Below are positions 63,967 to 64,000 of a stretch of DNA of 64,000 nucleotides, one piece after another (the stretch's first letter is position 1; each line of letters begins with the position of its first letter). The DNA comes from Octopus bimaculoides (Eukaryota), in assembly GCF_001194135.2 (NCBI RefSeq), contig NC_068982.1, positions 153,334,399-153,398,398 of the forward strand, read 5' to 3'. The position numbers and the translations under genes were made by a program. The notes under the pieces are model-generated. The model searched no databases, was not told the origin of the DNA, and saw only the letters and a list, made by a program, of their open reading frames with translations.

Positions 63967-64000
<34 letters not shown>

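Overview
AT-rich, microsatellite-dense eukaryotic DNA with many N gaps next to repeats. The two tRNA-derived SINE families resemble those I recognise from octopus genomes, so this is probably intronic or intergenic cephalopod DNA (inference, not a database hit). I found no intact host protein-coding gene. Most track ORFs are artefacts of microsatellites or gaps, and the rest are transposon relics. The relics are Penelope-like elements (PLEs), R4/Dong-like LINE ends stacked in (TAA)n arrays, RTE and CR1/L2-type LINE pieces, a 4-kb Helitron with canonical ends, a DD36E Tc1 element, a repeated non-autonomous mariner, pogo and rosa-like fragments, and small MITEs. The most notable signal lies in the first 7 kb. 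Two near-perfect foldbacks (1534-2322 and 6500-6770) sit 3' of PLE fragments, and each arm carries a 42-nt minimal type-I hammerhead-ribozyme motif. One foldback has the canonical CUGAUGA core and the other a compensated U3-A8 core. All identifications were made by eye from motifs; no searches were run.
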